The notes beneath the pieces are model-generated. The model did no database searches and was not told where the DNA came from. It saw nothing but the letters and a program-made list of their open reading frames with translations. The position numbers and the translations under genes were made by a program. From Trichinella spiralis (Eukaryota), in the NCBI RefSeq assembly GCF_000181795.1, contig NW_003526947.1:416422-480421 (forward strand): a stretch of 64,000 nucleotides of DNA, read 5' to 3'. Every line of letters begins with the position of its first letter. The first letter of the stretch is position 1. Positions 50,901 to 64,000 of the stretch are shown one piece after another.

Positions 50901-51628
50901 TAAGCTGAATAATATACATGCATATATATATATATATGTGCATTTAATGTATGTATGCATGTGTGTATATTCTTTTATAAAACACAGTGCGAACTATACT
51001 AGTCGTGCGAAATCGGTCGACCGAAACAAGCACTAACCATTTTGCTTTTGCAGCAACGTGATAAGTGGAAGAAGAACTGGTGGGGGCTGTCCGGCTGACT
51101 GGCTAACTAACTGGCTTACTTGCTGGTCGGCTGTAGAGTAGTAGTTATATATGATTATTGTTAAAACTTTTCAAAACATCAATGGCAATGGCAAACAACA
51201 ATGACGCACTCGCTCACTCACTCGACGAATATATACATACATACCGACCAGCACAGTTGAAAGACAATTTTAGTCGAATGGACAAATGAAATTTCTTTCA
51301 ATTCAATTGTCATTGTTGCTGGCGACTTTTATTCTTGTTCATATTGTTATTATTAACGTTTATGACGACGATGATGAAAAGAAAAAAATTTTTTTTTAAT
51401 TAAAAACAAAGCAATTCTTGTTGGTTGAGTAATAGATATTTGACAAAAAAGTGGCGAAATTTTTGTGGAAATTTTTCCATTTATTATTTCATTTTTAATG
51501 ACAATTTTATTTTCGAACAATTCTCGAAATTACGTGAATCAAGTTTCCAAAAACTGGACAAACTCAACTGCTTGTTTACGTCATACGACTTTATGCGTGC
51601 TTGTATATGCATGCTGCAACGGCGACGT

Positions 51629-51723
51629 GGGGAAGTGGGGCGGTGGCGAAGGGGGGGGGGAAGAGAGGGAGGGAGGGAAGCGTTTCAGAGGTGTGTGTGG
51701 GGGGGAGGGGGGAAAGTTGGGGG
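51629..51723 (+). other. G-run cluster with G-quadruplex-forming potential
   Basis: More than eight runs of 3 or more G within ~95 nt (GGGG AAGT GGGG ... G10 ... GGG A GGG A GGG ... G7 A G6 ... G5) in AT-rich surroundings. Confidence 0.6.
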
Positions 51724-54700
51724 AAATTTCCAGGCTATCTAGTAGCTTGTGAAGTAGAAGAGGAAGCAAGAATAAGAGAAAAGAAGAAGGAGAAGAAGAA
51801 TCTGGCTGTCCGGCTGCTTGTTGGTGGCGTTCGTCAAAATCTAGTCAACAGCTGCTGCCGGCTGTCTGGAGAACGAGAATGCAATTTTTATTTGTCTCGT
51901 GCGTTCGCTTGTTGTCGACGACTGAAACTACTACTCCACTCACACTCGCCATTTGTCCACACACACACACAAATTGTCCATTTGAAATAATTGACAAATT
52001 TACAGCGGACAAACCAAAAAAAAAATTTGCATCAAAAACACAACAACAATCATTCTTAAGCTAATTTGTATGTGATGTTTCGAAATTTCGAATTTCCAAT
52101 GCAAAGGGGATGTTTTTTTTACTTTTTTTTATTTTTGATTTGTTGAAAATTATTTTTTTGGAAAAAAAAGAAAAATCAATAATGGAAACGACGACGGTAA
52201 ACAGAAAGTCGGAGGGGCAGGATGAGAGGGAAGAGTGAAAATGCGAAAAGCGACAATATATATATATGTATATGTATATATTAGGTATGAAAGATAAAAA
52301 AAGGAATAAACGTTCCACCACAACTGCCTAGTTCCCAACCTACCCATCTAACCAGCTTGCCATTTGAACATCCGGTCGCTTCTCGATTCGTGGACTTTCA
52401 TTATTCAACACTGGTGATCGTCATCGTAATACTACTACATTTTTATTATTCAATTTTCTTATTGCTTTTTGTTTTTTTGTTTTCATATTTTTTCACTTCA
52501 TCGTCGTTATAGAAACAGAAAATGGAATATTCTCTATCCCCAATTTCAAGATGTTCCATTCATTTATTTTCCATTTTCCGAACTGCTCCATTATCCTCAT
52601 CCTCACCAGCACTACTACTACTACTACCACTACTGCTAACCAATTAGCTTTAATTCGACTTCATTCATCCAAAGTTGCGAATCAAAAATCTTAATGATGC
52701 TTTTTGTCATCTGACCAGAACCAGGAACAGTCCAATCGAATGCAGCTCACTACTACTTCCTTTGAAATGTTCTTCATTTATCTGTATCATTTGCTCTTGT
52801 ACCAAACAAGCAAACAAAAATTAAAATAATAAAATAAATCAACCAACCAACTTTTCGTTCTTTTATTTGCTTCATTACAATCAGTTTGTTCGTCCCCAGG
52901 TCGACAAATTTTTCCCATAATTCAGTTTCAAGATCAATTGCAATTTGATAAACAATGTTATCATTTATTTAAATTTATTTACCAAACTGATCATTTTTCA
53001 AACGTTGTTTACCAAATTTGAACCCTTGGACGAAGAATAAACAAAAACATCAAACTGACGTGACAAACTTGACAAACAATTTTGAAATTGAAATTTATTA
53101 TTATTATTATTATTATTATATTATTTTGATGAGTTGTGAAAATTTGTGTGAAAAATTGTCCCATTGAACAAATACAAGTAAACGCAACTACTGTTCGTTC
53201 TCAACGGATTTCGGGTTTCAATTTTCTCCCGTCTGCAACTTTTCCCACAAATTGATCCAATTCTTTCTCCCAACCAACCTCGCCTAGGCAGACAGACAAT
53301 TCGATTGATGTGATGATCCCAATCAATAAGTAACAATAATTAATAATACACTGGCCAAACCAACTGCCAAATTAACCAACACACATGCTCGACAAGAGTA
53401 ACAATAAGAGTATACACGTTTGCGATATGCAAATTTGTAAAATGATCTCCGTATTTCTGTTGTGTGCTGGTGGTACAATTTGGCAGAGCAATTTGATTCA
53501 TCGTCGTCGTGAAAGAAGAAGAAGCCCCCTGATTAGTGTGGACAACAATTTGCATGATAAAATTGCATTTTGATGGATAATACGTTTGGAAAATAATTTC
53601 ACCTCAACAAACATTTGTTTCTTTTTTTTAAACGTGTTCCTTTTGTGATAAATAAATTATGGAATATATATTCAATTTTTGATGTAGAAAAAGTTTCGTT
53701 CTCTTTTACAACAACAACAACAGCGAGCAGTTAGCCGGATAACGTTTTCATCGTTTCAAAGTTTTCGATTTTCGCTCTCAACTGCGACAAAGTATTTAAC
53801 GTAATTTCTGTGTCGTGATTGTTGCCACCGTTGGGCCGGAAGCAAATTTTAACAACGCCCGAGCAAAAAGCCTCTCTGCATTCATTCAGAAGGGTCGTTT
53901 GGAATCTGAGAACGAACACACCCGCGTCCACAGCATCAAACAAGTGACCAGTGGTGACAGCTGTCGTTTGGGCAAAATTTCAGCTTCGAGCTTTTCAGGA
54001 AGAATGGGAGCACCAACAGAACAGTTAATTATCGAAAAATGTGCGAGGGCGTGGCATTGAGCGGAGCATACGTCAATTCGAAGTTCGCTTCAATTGGGCG
54101 ATCAATACAAACAACTACACTCACTGTGTGGTGCAGAATGGGAAATATTGCGTCGATATTCTTCGTCTTGAGAAGAATGCACACACACACACACACTGAT
54201 GCACAGCTTGGACAGTTCGTAATTGTTTGGTGGATAAATTTTTCAAAAAAACATTAATTAAACTTTTGAACAATAGAAAATAATTATTAATTTCAATGAA
54301 AAGTAGTAATTTTGGAAACGTTTTTTAATTTTCCACTCTGAACAAGAGTATCAAAATAGTCACTATCAATTACTTTGTGTGTGCAATTCAACTTTTCCAA
54401 TTTAGATGGAATGATAAAATTTTGCATTTTATCGAAACGGAGAAATTCAAATAGAATTTGCATAAACAGTGTTTCAAACAGGAATTGACTATTCAACAAA
54501 ACATGCTCATATTGTTGCTCTGTGGAATGAATAATAATAATCAGAAAGAGAGACAATATTTCAAGCACGTGCGCTGGACTTCGGCTGGTGACAGTGGGAG
54601 GCAACATTTGTGAAATTTTTGTGCCATCGTTGATCTCATTCACCAACAACGACAGCTTCAGTAAAATTGATGAATGATGATCTGGAGAATTGAAAAAATT

Positions 54701-56251
54701 TTTCGTCTCGCATCATTAATGTGCACACGCACAATTGGCGTCACAAATGAGGGGGAAAAGCCGCGGCAAAAATGCCAAGCGAAGCGATTAATAAATAAAA
54801 TAAAATAAAATAAATGGGATGAAGTTGCTCGGAGATTTTTTTTTTGCATTTTTCTCAAATCAACTTCCAAGAAACAACAGCGTCGTGGAATTTCAACTTC
54901 GCCGCCCACCGTCTGGCTTAGCGACAACGAAGCATATAAATCACCAGTTGTGCATTTTTGTTTTTTTTGCTTTTTTTTCTATATGCTTTTCTTCCTGCAA
55001 AAAGAAAATGCCAAAGAAAATTCCCCTTTTGCCTTCTCGATCTTGTCCGACTGAAAGTTTTCGCACGTTTGCTGAAGCCAGTGGTAATGTTCACTTCAAC
55101 TGTACCAAACAAAACCCCACCCCATTCCCAACATACCGACTGACACACACCCACAGTCAGTCATTTTTCAATTTCAAACAACAAATTTGAACAGATTTTC
55201 GTAATTCGACATTTTTTTAATGATAACATTTTAACATGCATATAATTTCAATTATTAAATTATTATTGTAAGATGTTAGACACTCTTTTATGTAAAATTT
55301 GAAACTTTTCTAACTTGTTTTGCAAAGTGAATTACTTATTCATATTTCATTATAAATAAAAAAAACCATTCAATGGGATCATTAATATTATTTAATAGTG
55401 GGTTATTTAATAGACATACATAAGAACAATAGCTAGTGATTGTCGTATTTTTGTCGTGCTTATTGTGCATGTTGCATGTTGCTGGCTGTACAACAGCAGC
55501 ATTGGAAGAAATCAAGCCTTCGTAGATTGGATGATTACGTATTGCAATATTCTATTCAATTTCTGGTCGTCAAATCATCGAACAGTAAAATTGCACATCC
55601 AACGATAATTACGACACTTTTGTCAACGTCAGAATTCATTCAACCAACTAACTAGTCATGCAAACTTTGTTTACTTCGAACGTTGCGCTTTTTCTTTTAA
55701 AATTATAATAATTTCATTTCGTCGATCAGCAATTTTTCCATCTAAAGCAAGTAGTCGTTTGTTCTAAATTTTACAAAATACTTTTCTCATATTAATAAAT
55801 TACCGCTTGCTTGCTTCATTTTCTTTCGCTTTGCATGCAAAATACAGTAATAATGTTGGCATGTGATTCGAAGAAAGCAATTCGTTTCAACAAAAAGAAC
55901 AATTAATCGACTATTTTATACGTTAGAGTTATCATAGAAATTTAACTTTTTTCCAATTAAAATAGTACATGAAAATTTTGATCAAAAAATGCGAAGGAAA
56001 ATGTTGTTTTCCATTGTGCACAGAATTTTCCACTAGAAATAAGTGGAAAATAAAAACACAAAGAGAGACAGACTATTGAAATAATTGCCATCGTCAACTG
56101 CCTTCTTTTTCAGATTTAGTATTTCACGGGAAATTATCAATTACAATTACAAATTATTTATCTGCATTCGCATCAGAAAAATATTAAAAAAAACTGCATA
56201 AATTACATAAATAAGATATTTTTCCATTTCTTCATATCATAGTTGCATCTT

Positions 56252-59200
56252 CTAATGATCGCGAGCTTCGGCTCGGTGCTTTGGCATGCGAAATCCCTGG
56301 TTGCCAACTCTTCCTTTTTTCTTCTTCTGAAAATCTTTCCAACTGCTCACTCGACAATCACGCGATTCCTGAAACATTTGATCAATACAGAAGCATAATG
56401 AAGTGAAAAAAATGGAAATCAAAAAATTTCCACTTTACCTCGTAATTCTTTTGCCATTCCGTTTCAGCTTTTCTCCGTTCCAGCAGCTCTTGCTTTTCCA
56501 AATGTGCTCGTTTTCTGTACAGCAATAATAAAATATAATAAATACAAAAAAATGATTTAAAAAAATAGCTTGTGTCAAGACTTGTCTTCGACTTCACGTT
56601 CCGCTAGCATCCTTCGCTTGCGTTCTCTTTCGGCCAAAATTTTCACTCTGTTCATCCATAGCAATTTTTCATACTAGAAAATCACAACTGAACTTCAAAA
56701 TACCGAAATTGCATAAAACGAAAAACACAACAAAAAAATCCCCACTTCAACTGATACTTTCGAACTTTTTTTAAGTAATTTTTGCCCAACTTTGGCACCA
56801 TCGCCATCGTGAAACAAACCCCTCTCGTTTGTGTAAGTGCCGTTGGTCACGTTTGGTTTTAGTTTTTTTTTTGCGAAATATTTAATTTCACACAACGTAA
56901 ATTGCAATAAAATGTTATTGTATTAATATATGCAAATAAAAAATAGAAAATATGGAAAAAATAAACATGCAATTCAATAGCATGTTGCAATGAGATAGAT
57001 ATGCAACTGTTTTGTGCAGAAATATGTCAAAGTTGGCAGGCAATTTTGAAGTGCGACAAAAGTCAAGCAACTTTTTCTTCAGCCAATTTGTGCTTGTGCC
57101 CAATTAAAATTGTCATACGTTGCTTAAAACAACTGAAATTTCTTTTCACACAGTGCTCAGCTCAAATCCGAGCAATGTGCAAAGATGCACTTTTGGCACG
57201 TTCAATGGTGTACAATCCAAATAAACAATGAACAAGCAGCTTATATGACATTTTCATAAAGCTTCTTTTTTTTTGAAAATAACGGACATTTTAAATAATT
57301 AATAATCATTTATTGAATCAATGACAGCCATTTCCACTAAATTCACAACATACAAAAACACCGGATAAACAAATGGACATAAAATTTCCAGAAGCCCCTC
57401 CTCGATAGTTGCTGTCAGGAAAGCGCACAATTTTCAGCTTGATTTATCGACCGGTCGTCGGTTGGCTAATTGCCAAGTCAACTCAAGCCTGGGAACCGGC
57501 TCGGAAAAAGCGGACACGCTGCAGTCCTGCGACAAAATTTACAGCACGCGAAAATCACGCGGTCGCCATTTGCAGACGTTGTCAAAATAATGCAACGCAT
57601 CGTCAACGTCGGCCTGCTTAAAAACACGTCACGCTTGCATGCAAATCAAAATTGCATCTTTTTCCCGGAAGCCAGAAAAGTGTACCCTGTCCAGGAGACG
57701 TCATCCACCAGCATGTCATGGTAAACAGCACACAGAATATATATTTATATATATACATATACTATGGCTATTTATTATTTATCGACTTCACTTTAAACCG
57801 CTCCCATCATCTCTTTGCACAGCAGAAGTAGAAAAAATCATCCACAAGAAAAAAAAGCAAATAGAAGCAAACAAATTGAAATAATATATCGAATTGAAAA
57901 TCAATCTCAACATATAAATACTTGCATCGACAACTCTGTCGAAGGAATTGGTTTATTATTCTTTTTATAATTCAATAATTCATAACTGAAAATTTCAAAC
58001 CAATTCAACATGCAACTTGAAACAATTGAAAACAATGTCAAGTTGACATTCTTTCACTTACCCTGCATGCAATTGACCGCATTGCACAATTTACATCACA
58101 ATTACACACGCAACTAATCAATTGAAATTATTATTATTTTTAATTATGAACAAAATTAAGAAAACTTTTTTAAAATCTAACGTCATCTGTTAAATTTTTA
58201 TAAAATATTCTGTTGCAAAATTGAAATGCTTGCGCATCAATCTATGGGGTTTATAGAATAAGTTGGAAGTCAATTTTGCAACTTTTATTACTTTCATACA
58301 AATACATGCGCACGGTGTTAATCGATTATTCAAATATTCTTGCAGCTTTGATCAAAATGCAAATTTGAATACAGCATCCATTTGGATGCAGGATACAAAA
58401 TATTGATCTACAAAACTCCTCAACAATTTCTATTTCATATGGCTACGATAAAATTAATAATTTATCTATTCTCAAGCTTTTACAAATAAATTTATATTGC
58501 TTGCAACATTTGCTGAATGATTATTTTTCAAATTGCAAAAACCAACTTCACTTCCGTCAAATAAAATTATTCATCAACATTATTATATTTATTCAATGCA
58601 AAAGTACAAAATTCAATACAACCAAGTAGTTAATATGGTGAAGTATTGATCATTATAGAATGGAAATATTAAAACAGCTTTACACTTCATGCATTTAAAT
58701 TTAATGGAAATGGAAAATTGTCATTTTATAAACGATCGTATTTGAAAAATAAAAAAAAATAAAAGAGAAAATAATTGAAGAAATTTGTATTTATCATCAC
58801 GCGGAATATTGTGTTCAATATAAATTGAATTCGGCTGATATCACGAAAATAAAAACCACAAAGATTGAAATTCTGCAAGCTCTCAACTGAGATGTTATTT
58901 CAACGTGACGCAATTTGAAAAACAAACAATCCACAACAGCTGGATAAATTACTCTTTCAGTGTTACGTAATGAAGAATAAAATTGTCCGACTAGCTTTTG
59001 TTGGCAACGTGTAAAGTCAGCTAATCAGCACGTATCATTGGAGAAAATTATTTTATTACTACATACTACTGCGGTGTGCGCGTCCAACAGCTAATAATCA
59101 TGCGGACAAGCTTCAACTTTCAAATCGTTTAAGCATTTGCTAAACGATTTCAATTTCACTCTTGAAAAATACTACTATTGCGACATTTGTCAAAAATGTT

Positions 59201-61813
59201 ATCATTGCACATGACAATTTTTGAAATAAATTCATTAATTTACTCATTCACATTTCACCAATTTTAACGTCTCAAATACAACTCTTTAAATACATACGAG
59301 TACAGCGAAGTGAAATAAACACGCTAGAAATTCAATAACAATACAATTATTAAATAAATACCCATTGCGTATGTGTATGTAAAACTAAAAATGAAATTTT
59401 TTCGATTGCTTAAAAATAATTTTTTTAACTTTTCACTTTACAAATATTATCTACTCATTTGCGTAATCAAGTATTTCAAGCAAAGCCGAACTGTCAAAAA
59501 TTATCATACTTAATGGCCATTCCCAATTGCTGCTGGTACCGTATATGGTACCGCTAATGAACAACGTTCAAACAATAAGCACGGCAAACAAATAAAATTA
59601 CGCGTTCAACAACATTACGCGATAGCATTCAACTACGCCGTTCGGCTTCAATGAATGCAGAGAGTGTGGACAATTATGATCTCAATTAAAGGAGATCAAT
59701 GTCAACTGAAACAGCGGATAGTAACCGATCATGTAGTCACAGAATTGCACAATAAATCTGGTGGAAAACTCAATTCTACGTCATGCCACTAATTCCAGCC
59801 TAGTACAAAATTCAAACATCAACAATTGCAATTTATTCAAACATTTCAGTTTAATTTAAACTAAAAATCATTGCCCTTTAATATAAAAACTACATATTTA
59901 TTTACAGATAAAGTTATATTTAAAATTTATTTAAACTTTAAATGGAAATTTTCAATTGGAATAGCTGAATTCTGAAATTTTGAACAGCACTTTTATGTAT
60001 GTCCAATCAATAATACTTCATTTAAGAAAGATATAATCTTGGCCTACTTGCGCTTTTTACAAAATAACAAAACTTAAAATGAAAATGGACTGCTAATATG
60101 AAAATTTCCATAATTTAATAAATAAATCCACCCTGCAGCAATGTTGTCGAGAAGTTCAATGAAAATATATTACGTGAAAGTTTTATCGATTTCACTCTTC
60201 ATCGACACTCAAAACGTATTTTGCATTAGGAAATATAAAGCAGACATATTTACAGTTGAACATGATTTTCCTCAGGACAACCCAACAAATAAAAAACAAT
60301 AATTTTAAATTAAAAACTTAAATGATCAATAATATCAAAAATTTCGATTCTGCTTTTAAGCAGCTGAACTTATTCTACTGCAAAAAATAGTCCATCGTTA
60401 TTTTATTATTTATTGAATGCTGGCTGTTTTGTTTTAACCTTATAATTATACCGTCTCATATCACTGATTTCACAACTGCATCCACAAATGCTACAAGAAA
60501 AGAACGAATAAGTAAACCAGAAAACAGTTACTTTTCGCTTAATTTTCCCATCCATCATTTGTACTTGCATTTCCTACAGTATGTCTAATAGTATTAATAT
60601 CACTTTTCATTTTGTGAAAAAAAAGTATGAACGTCGTCATACCAGAAATAAAAATGCATACAACATGTCAAGTGAAACATTTTCAATTCAAAACACTAAA
60701 CATGCATCTTTTTTACTGTTAGACAAGCATATATTATGATGAAAGTTGAACAATTATAAACATGTACTAATTATTAAACACATTATAAAGGTACATACGT
60801 ATTCAGGATTGTCTTCCAGCAATGTAACTTTTCCCCCGCTTTCTTTCTTTTGGGCTTTGCGCTTGTCTGCAATCTATAAAATATTGATAAAATTATTTAA
60901 TATGATAATTTTTAATAATGCAAACAAAAATAGCAGTTTCTGCATCCATACACTAAATGCAATACAAATAAATTAAATACAAATAAGCATAAGAAAGTAC
61001 ATCCAGATACAAAAGTCTACAATTACCAATTTGTCAGTACGAGATTTCGCTTCTTCATAAATTAACTGAATGCGAGCACGCTGTTCTGGATCTTCAAGCA
61101 TTTCGATAGCTTTCTTCAAAACTATAACATCCCAGAAGAACAGTGTAGAACTAAGTATCTAATGAACGAATCATTACCGTCGAAAGCCTTTTGTGCAGAC
61201 TCCCGATCGTCTGGATTTTTATCTGGATGGACCAGTATAGATAGCTGAAATATTTATATGCAATTAATAACAATGACAAGCCTATGAAACTTACCCTGCG
61301 ATACTGCTTGCGCATTTCTTCGACAGTTGACTCCAATGGTAACAAAAGAACCTTAATATATAAAAACATTATTATCTGTACTAAAATAAGGTAAATGCAT
61401 ATAATGTGCATAATAAGATACACTGCTAAAAGCATTTCAAAAAGTTATATCAAACTGTATTCGAACAAAGAACAATATTTAAAAATGTTATACTATAATT
61501 ACGCATCACCCGATACTTATTAAAAAATGTAAATTTCTAATAAATTCAACTGAAATTCTAAGATAAAGTATAAATTCTTTTAAAATTAATAAAAATGAAA
61601 CAAACGAACATCATATGGATTCAAATTTAAATATGTAGATCCAGGTTTTGTCAAACGATGTATTTGTTCTTTGCTGTTCAAAACGGAATCTCGCTTCTCA
61701 ATAGCTTTCACCTAAAAAGCGATAACTGAATTTCTCAACAACTGGAAAACAAAAGTTTAAGTTACTTCAGAATAAAAACTCGAAAACAATGATTCTGGAT
61801 CCACTTCTTCCAT
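56252..61813 (-). CDS. DNAJC8: DnaJ homolog subfamily C member 8 (spliceosome-associated J protein), 9 exons
   Basis: MEEVDPESLFSSFYSE|VKAIEKRDSVLNSKEQIHRLTKPGSTYLNLNPYD|VL...YRR|LSILVHPDKNPDD (HPD motif)...EWQKNYE|ESRDCRVSSWKDFQ...FRMPKHRAE*. Includes a ~4.1 kb intron (56674-60798). Confidence 0.93.
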
Positions 61814-63322
61814 GATTACATTCACAACTAAAACACAAATAATTCCATGATAACGTTAAATATATATATATAAATAAAGTACAATACACATGAAACGTCA
61901 GACAATAATACATATAAGTAAAGGATGAAAGTAAGTTTATACTTAAATCTAAGGGAAACTTCAAAAAAACACGGCCAAACAAACATAGCAACAGAAATAC
62001 ATCTTCTTAATAAACTTTACAAATAAATAAAGAAAAAAAGATTAATAAACAATATAAAAAAATAACAGAATAGAAAAGGTCAAATATATTTTCTAGAAAA
62101 TTATAATTTTAATGCGGAAAGATAGATTTTCTTTTCGTCAAAAAATACCATGTTTCTGTTGCTGAAAATAAATTTTTATTCTTCACAGCAAACATTCATA
62201 CAAAGAAATCAAATGGAACATGAACATTTATTGCTAAAACAATTTTCAAAAGATGTTATTCAACGCCTAACAAAAAGTCGAGTAGAGTATACTGTAAAAT
62301 AACGACAACCGTGAAGTTCATTTGAATACTGTCTTAATTCAACAACTTGCTGCAAAATTAATTAATTTAGCAATACTGATAATGAATTTCAAATATTTTT
62401 GATATTTCAAATATTTTTATAAATAAAACTTTAGATGAAATTATTATAAATCTTTAATTGGTGTAATTTTTATTATGCAAGCTCACCTGCAAATAGTTAA
62501 TTAAATATTTTGCTACAAAAATATATAAAAAATAATTTTGTTTTCATTTTTAGACACACAGTTAACATTTTAATTATTAAAAAAATTTTTTCAAATGCAT
62601 CATTTTAATAAATATGATGTAGACAGAATTTTAATTCAAAAAATTGTTCGTCTGTTACACACACACACATCGTGCGCAACCGACAAAAACTTTAATTAAT
62701 TAATTAATATTTTGTTTTATGACTGTTTCTAAATTATTTTTTGAAAAAATTTATTTGTTCTCGTAGCTGGACGCAGCATGCAGATAGAGTAGACTTGTAT
62801 GAGCTTGAATACAGAAGCTGTAAAAGCAAACAAAAATATTGAAATATGAACCGAATTTTCCTTATTTTCAAATCAAATTCAAAAATTAAAAATATTCGAT
62901 TATAATTAGATTTACATTTGTTCGATTTAGTTAAAAATAAAAAATAATGGTTGCACTGTGAATAAAAGCAAAAACTGATTAGCAATTATCGTTTCAAATT
63001 GATTCAAAAAAATGATGCACAGTTAATAAGGAAAACATATACGATGTGTAAAAATTGTTAATCAGCAAAGCCTGCTGTATAATCTAAACCGACATTTTCA
63101 TCCTTTTACTCTGATATATATATATAATTTTTCTTTCTACAATCCATTTCGCCCACAAGTCTCAATCAGCATTGTTCAGCTGGAAAACAAAACCCAAGTA
63201 AATCGTCTGTACCTATTTTTACTCGTTGCATTCCATGATCATTGTAAATTCACTATTCAATTAATTCCACGACTAATGGAACTCATTTGTTATGACATTT
63301 TACATAAATTTCAAATTTGCAT

Positions 63323-64000
63323 TTATTCAATGACAATGCGACGATTTGCCGTGTTGTTCGGTTTGCGCTTTTTAAACTCAACTTTAGCAGAAGATGATTC
63401 GGATGACACTGACGTAATTGGATTTTGCCTTTCTTTAAAAAGTGTCTCATTCTCTTCATGCCATTCCGAAGTAGAAGCGGTTGACTGCGACTGCTGATAC
63501 ATCAAATCCAACGTTTCAGCATCCGTTTCACAATAACTGAAAAAAAATAATTTCATGCATTATTGTATTCCACAGGTTGAAAAATGTAATTAAAAAAGAA
63601 CATACTTCCAAATTGGCTTGTCTACCGGTTGCCATTCTCCATACGGATGTCCAACAGATGCTTCATTCGATTGTTCATTTTCAGTTCGATAAGCACTGGA
63701 TAGCATAGCATCATACTTTTCTTCTTGTTTTATCACAGGCGCCTCCTGCTTAACCAAGGGCAACGACTTTTGTTCGAATGCTGCAAATGTTTCTGGTCGC
63801 TGAGCAACGCCCGCATTCTTCCGAATGGCCATTTGTGAACTCGAACCAGGTGCTAAACCCAAAGCCACCTCACGACGATTCATCTGCTTTTGCTGAGCTG
63901 CCAAAGAAACGTAACCTTCGGCTGGCTGTTCCCAAGTCGACTCACCAGTAGCACAATTCCAATAATACAGTAATCCTTCTGGAGTTGCACTTTCAAACCA
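63323..64000 (-). CDS. WBP4: WW domain-binding protein 4 / FBP21-like, 3' part (exons 63606->64000 and 63323-63536); runs off the window
   Basis: WW domain WFESATPEGLLYYWNCATGESTWEQP, conserved HPYGEWQPV, and C-terminal FKER and VEFKKRK motifs. Confidence 0.78.

Noticed and set aside
48074..55655. Many short Phe/Leu/Lys-rich ORFs downstream of FOXO
   Set aside because: Products of poly-T/poly-A low-complexity UTR and intergenic DNA; no exon structure or homology.
51572..55674. DAF-16 binding elements TTGTTTAC at 51572, 53005 and 55667 (possible autoregulation)
   Set aside because: Several copies of this AT-rich 8-mer are expected by chance in 64 kb of this composition; others fall in an LTR and at splice donors.

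Overview
AT-rich eukaryotic (animal) genomic DNA with ~50-100 nt GT-AG introns. The gene and intron style is consistent with a clade I nematode such as Trichinella (inference, not verified). Left end: a short contig (1-3742, 10-N gap at 3743-3752) with the intact 3' half and 3' LTR of a BEL/Pao retrotransposon; its flank (1-~632) is duplicated, without the element, at ~30989-31615. Next come a decayed mariner, an orphan single-TM gene, a ~670 bp piggyBac-type MITE and an intronless, highly divergent eIF4E-like gene that has lost most cap-binding tryptophans. A dense gene cluster follows: a short-tailed class V myosin, OLA1, a compact GON4L/YY1AP1-like gene, AP-1 mu, NDUFAF1, HYLS1 and a UQCC4/CCSMST1-like gene. 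Then come Gypsy remnants, an intronless ionotropic-receptor-like gene, a two-coding-exon FOXO/daf-16 in a gene-poor region with a compound TTAG/TTGG microsatellite, DNAJC8 and the 3' part of WBP4. The most interesting items are the degenerate eIF4E, the minimal GON4L-like protein, the myosin V with no clear coiled coil and a substituted SH1-SH2 glycine, and the divergent IR. All homology calls are by motif recognition from memory; no searches were run, and multi-exon spans were read by eye.
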